Of a stretch of 64,000 nucleotides of DNA, positions 59,532-64,000 are shown in pieces (the first letter of the stretch is position 1; the number at the start of each line of letters is the position of its first letter). The stretch is taken from positions 1 through 64,000 of the forward strand of contig JALDZX010000018.1 of NCBI GenBank assembly GCA_022813865.1, given 5' to 3'. The notes under the pieces are model-generated. The model was not told where the DNA came from, did no database searches, and saw nothing but the letters and a program-made list of their open reading frames with translations. The position numbers and the translations under genes are program-made. This DNA is from Xylographa opegraphella. Taxonomy: Eukaryota.

Positions 59532-61152
59532 TTAGACACTAATCGTTTTGAATACACTGTGGATTCAGAAGCGGTCAGCCCTGCCAGTTGGAAGTAAGAA
59601 GAGCCGGAAACTCACCCAAACCCACTGCCGCCGGTGCCCATCACACACCCAGGTATTTGGGGGTGCCAGTGACATTCCTTTACCATTTCCATATAATGCA
59701 CGAATAGAAGCTGCGGAGGTACATCTTGCACCCCAGCTGTGTCTCTGCTCTCTTCATCGTCCAGTTCCACAGCCAGATCCCATAGCGTCAAAGTGTTGTC
59801 TCCTGCAGCAACAGCAACGATACTATCGTCTGTCGGATGCCACTCTATACTAGTGATTTGTTCCTTATTGAAGTTGAAAGACGCAACTGGCTTAGGGGCG
59901 GGATTGGACGTATTGTTTGTTGACGGCTTCCATTGCCGCAGGTCCCAAACAGCCCACTCACCATCGTCTGCACCTGTGGCGAGTAGGTGCGCCGTTTGGT
60001 GTGACCACGACATCACGTTAACGTCTGTGCTGCTGACGGTGACACTTACAGCAGGTTTCCGCGATTTCGATCTGACGTCCCAGACTTTGACGGTGCCATC
60101 GCTACTTGCAGATGCGAATACATTCTTCTCGTTTGGAGACCACTGAATGTCTTCAATACTACCTTGATGCCCAGTGAATGGCCTGTTGTCGGTGGTCCAT
60201 CTACCACCGTCTTCACACGTGGTAACAAAGATCTTGCCGTCATTGTCTCCTGTGAGCAGCTTGCCTGTTGCCACCAATGGAGACCAATCCACTGCATACC
60301 CTTCTGCTCTGTGCATCTTCAGCGTTGCCAGGGGTTTTGACTGCTGCGGAGTGATCATTGTTCCTGGATTGTCAAAAGAGGACAAATGGGGAGTAATATC
60401 GTGGATAAGGACTTCGGCAGCTTCTGTCATAGTGGCGGTGAATGTGGTTGATATTTTGGAAGGGTCCGATTGAGGATACTGATGGGTTCGTACGCGATTG
60501 GTTGTAGAAGTAAGAGGAATTGACTTGGTTTCCAAGATTGGTTCCATGCTCTCATCCCCGTCGTCGTCGTCATCAGATTCCTCCTCCCGCTCGCGATCCA
60601 TCCTGCTCAGACCACTAAGCTTCATAATCATCAGCTCATTCTCCTTGGCTCTTATGCTCTCGGCTTGTGTACCAGCAACAGCATACAAAGTTGCAGGGTA
60701 GGTTTTGCGATTGGCACCCAGAGTATCCCTAACCACATCGAAGGAAAGACAAGGCCAGGTAGTACTGAGAGTATGAAGCATTTCGTATGTGGACGTATCA
60801 GGCGATAGAGATTCGCCCGCTTTCAACTTGCTTCTGCCCGGTATGAACGTTTGCTGGTCAACCTCCATGGCATCTATGCCGCTGTCAGTGAAACGGGTAA
60901 AACTTGATTGCTAAGGAGGTCGCACAATGCTACCGGTGTGTTCCACATACCCCTGCTCTCCTCGGCCTCTCTCTCTATATCAGGTCGGCCGTCTACACCT
61001 GCCTCGAATATCTCGTCTTCACTCTCAAAGTCATCTCCGAACTCGTCCTCGTAAGGCCCCACCTCGTCATTATCCTGTGGCTGGATTGGCCGTTCACCCT
61101 TTTTCAAGGCGTCCGAAGGCGCATATGATTCCTCTGCTGGTCGCTTGGCCAT
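59532..61152 (-). CDS. RRB1: Ribosome assembly protein Rrb1/GRWD1 (CAF1C-like N-domain plus WD40 repeats)
   Basis: YEMLH..WPCLSFD, EGYAVDWS, SIEDIQWSP, DVPPQLLFVH, FGVFKTISV. Introns 60950-60874 and about 59615-59558. Confidence 0.95.
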
Positions 61153-61681
61153 CGTGAAGCGCAGTTAGACAGAGAATTGGGGTAAACTTGCTAGCCTCGC
61201 AGTCTGGCAATATGATAGAAAATCACTAGTGGGGTATTTTTTTGCAAGACTTAACGCGCTTAATTCAGCCCTACCGGATTAGCACATGCAACACAATCCC
61301 GCTCCCCGGTAAATACAGCTGGATAGGCGCCGCACGTCAACACACCATCCATGAAACGGCAATAGAGGTGAAACTTCAGACGTATTCTAACAGAACTTAT
61401 CTACGATCGTTATCAGTACACTCCAAGCCTAAAAGCAGACAAGAAGCACACCAACATTGTCTAAGTGCTTGTGGCGCTCCGTCAGGGATTCATCCCACTT
61501 CGGACTCGAGTCCCCTCGTCGACTTTCACTGTTATGTCCCAAACCGTGAGACCCTACTGACTGCTTCTTCGGAGACTCAAGTTCTCTGTATTAGGACCCA
61601 CAGCTTGCCAGTCACTACCTCAAATTTCGAGAAAAAGCGTTATCTTTTCGTACCTGAGGCTCAGCTTTGCTGGCACAAGTG

Positions 61682-62818
61682 ATGGACGGTCAATATAGGC
61701 AGGAAACTCTGGGCTCTGCATCGCAGGAGCCATATACGCACCCAGCCTCCAACGATGACGAAGCAATGGGTGGTGCAGATGACAACCGGAGTGCCACTCC
61801 GACCGGCGGTCATAGCAATGGCCAACAGATCAGATCGCAAAACAATCAGTCGGCAGATTTTCAATCATCTAATGGCACGTTCTCCCCACCACAGGATTCG
61901 AATAGATATCCATCACCAAACATGTCATACCAACAGCAACCCATGCCACCCGTATCAAGGCCTTCGTCTGGTCTTTCGGGCTCCGGGGATAGATACGGCG
62001 CACACTCTCAGACCTATCAAGAGCAAAATCAAAGGTCATCGCATCAGTCCTCGGAAGTAGCCAAAACACAAAGCAGTGTGGTTATCAAGGTAGGAATGGT
62101 TGGAGACGCACAAATTGGAAAGACCAGTCTGATGGTCAAATACGTCGAGGGCAGCTGGGATGAGGACTACATACAGACATTAGGTTGGAACTCATTGATT
62201 CTTAAGCTTGATTCACCGTTGCTGATACATCCAACAGGTGTGAATTTCATGGAGAAAACAATTTCAATACGCAACACGGAAATCACATTTTCGATATGGG
62301 ATCTCGGAGGGCAGCGGGAGTTTGTGAATATGCTTCCGCTTGTATGCAACGATGCAGTTGCCATACTCTTCATGTTCGACCTCACAAGGAAGAGCACGCT
62401 CAACTCGATCAAGGAATGGTACAGGCAGGGACGGGGCTTCAACAAGACCGCCATCCCATTCCTTGTCGGCACCAAGTATGATCACTTTGTCAATTTCCCG
62501 AGGGAAGATCAGGAGGAGATATCTAACCAGGTACTTGAACTTTCCAACTTGCGAACTTATAGCTGATGCTTTCCAGGCACGGCGCTTTGCTAAAGCCATG
62601 CGAGCAAGTCTGATCTTCAGTAGCACGAGTCATAGCATAAACGTGCAAAAGGTACGCGGCGGAAGAAGCCTTCTTCCCTCTCCCTTCCCAGTACCCCTAT
62701 TGACCTCCCCATCCAGATCTTCAAGATCGTTCTCTCGAAAGCATTCGACCTCAAATGCACCATCCCGGAGATCGAAAACATCGGCGAGCCGCTCCTGATC
62801 TACCAGTCTGTCGCTTAG
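61682..62818 (+). CDS. spg1: Septation-initiation GTPase Spg1/Tem1
   Basis: KVGMVGDAQIGKTSLMVKYV, YIQTLGVNF, WDLGGQREF, GTKYD, STSHSINVQKIFK. Three introns, the first at 62184-62237. Confidence 0.96.
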
Positions 62819-64000
62819 CATCTCCCGTCCCTTCCCTCACGACCTCAACCGGCCGATCACGAAAGCACGACTCGGTTTGACCGGCAAAGCCCCGACGCTT
62901 CGCCCTCGGAGTTCCATCTCGAACATTTCACTTTTTGCATTTCAGCACGGAGCTGGAGGGGATTCAAATGGCATTGGGCTACTGCGTGGCACGGCGGGCG
63001 CTTGGACCGCAAGGAAGCAATCTGTTGCTTTAGTCTCTCGGAATCTGTACGCTAAGGTAGAATAGCCAACTGATGTTCGCTGTACCACCGTTGTATTTTT
63101 GTGTCAAAAGCATTCGCCTCGTGTGATCCATACCGTGGCGTCAGCGCTCCACAGTCCGTCGGTGAGTGCCCACATCCCGCAACGTGTAGAGCGCACGAGT
63201 CACTGCCCTGTCTGACATGGAACTATAACATCGGATATCCAAACCGGTACCCGTCTCTGCCATCGACCGCGAGCAGTGTCCGTCTGATACTATCAGACTG
63301 TTCCCGACGCTCGACTATATTTCCCCAGAGCACAGGTAGTGCCGTCGTTGCTCATGGGACCGTAATGTATCAGGAGCGCGGAGGGGAGATGACCGAGGTC
63401 TACCTTGCTTGTTGTCGGGACGGATGTGGGACATGCAAGATAGGATGGGGAAACCTGGTACGGGGCAGCCACCGGATCAGAAGCCAGTGCTTCGCAGTAT
63501 ATGTTGGAACGTGTGGACGGTGTCCGGGATGGATGTAGTTTAAGACACGTATATGTGTGAAGGCCGTGCAAAGCTTCGAAAGCATGCCGGTCAGCTCCCC
63601 TCCGCGGTTCGTTATGAAGAGACAAAAGATCCATCAATAGGGAGATCGGCCTTCCGCTGCAGGCGTTGGCGTCGCTGGGATCAGCTCGATGTCCCTATAC
63701 CCAAAACAGTCTTTGCTGAGGAGAAGTCTTCCGCGATTTGGACTGTCGAGGGTCCGGATAGCACACAACCGATCCCAGCTATCGAGCTCGCACCTGCCGC
63801 GCGAAGTCGAGGGGCCGAAGAATCCAAGCTCTCGCGGTGGGTTGGCCTGCGGTTCAAGTTCGATGCGGTGTGCCTACGTGATGTTTGTCAGTCGCACTCT
63901 GTGACTGAGAGCGTGGCACCCCGGGAACGATGGATGGGACCTACCCCTGCGTTGCGAGCTTCCTTGAAACCAGCCACTGTAATGGTGACCTCCCTCTGGG

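Noticed and set aside
63101..63904. ORFs near the right end
   Set aside because: No recognisable protein features.
1..64000. Stop-codon readthrough to cryptic peroxisomal signals; tRNA, rRNA and transposase genes
   Set aside because: No TGA-CTA context at the stop codons I checked. No tRNA, rRNA, transposase or reverse-transcriptase signatures were recognised by eye; tRNAscan/Infernal would be needed to exclude them fully.

Overview
Gene-dense chromosomal DNA of a filamentous ascomycete (Pezizomycotina; Eurotiomycetes is my inference from protein style), about 50% GC, with short spliceosomal introns (mostly 45-80 nt, CTRAY branch points). About 27 protein genes can be supported, most of them conserved housekeeping or signalling genes: class II aldolase, PPIL2 cyclophilin, Ste50, a GPI-type cell-wall protein, a Gly/Gln-rich protein, Edc3, Pif1, Pub1, an SprT-like/BTB-like fusion, a PMP22/Mpv17 protein, Mip1, PalH, Imp1, Snf4, Dak1, SmD2, an Ams2-type GATA factor, an ATF/CREB bZIP, RPA3, an RTA1 protein, Rrb1 and Spg1/Tem1. 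I found no transposon, CRISPR array, rRNA or tRNA, and no clear-cut novel multi-gene system. The best leads are: an SprT-like protein with HQxxH fused to a BTB-like domain; an overlapping uORF inside a putative 5'UTR intron of the ATF bZIP gene; a CreA-site cluster between SNF4 and DAK1; a PacC-site pair upstream of palH; an AT-rich dyad-containing block with a tightly packed intronless aldolase; long introns with possible alternative splicing; and a 20/21-nt minisatellite. All exon structures were read by eye and need RNA-seq confirmation.
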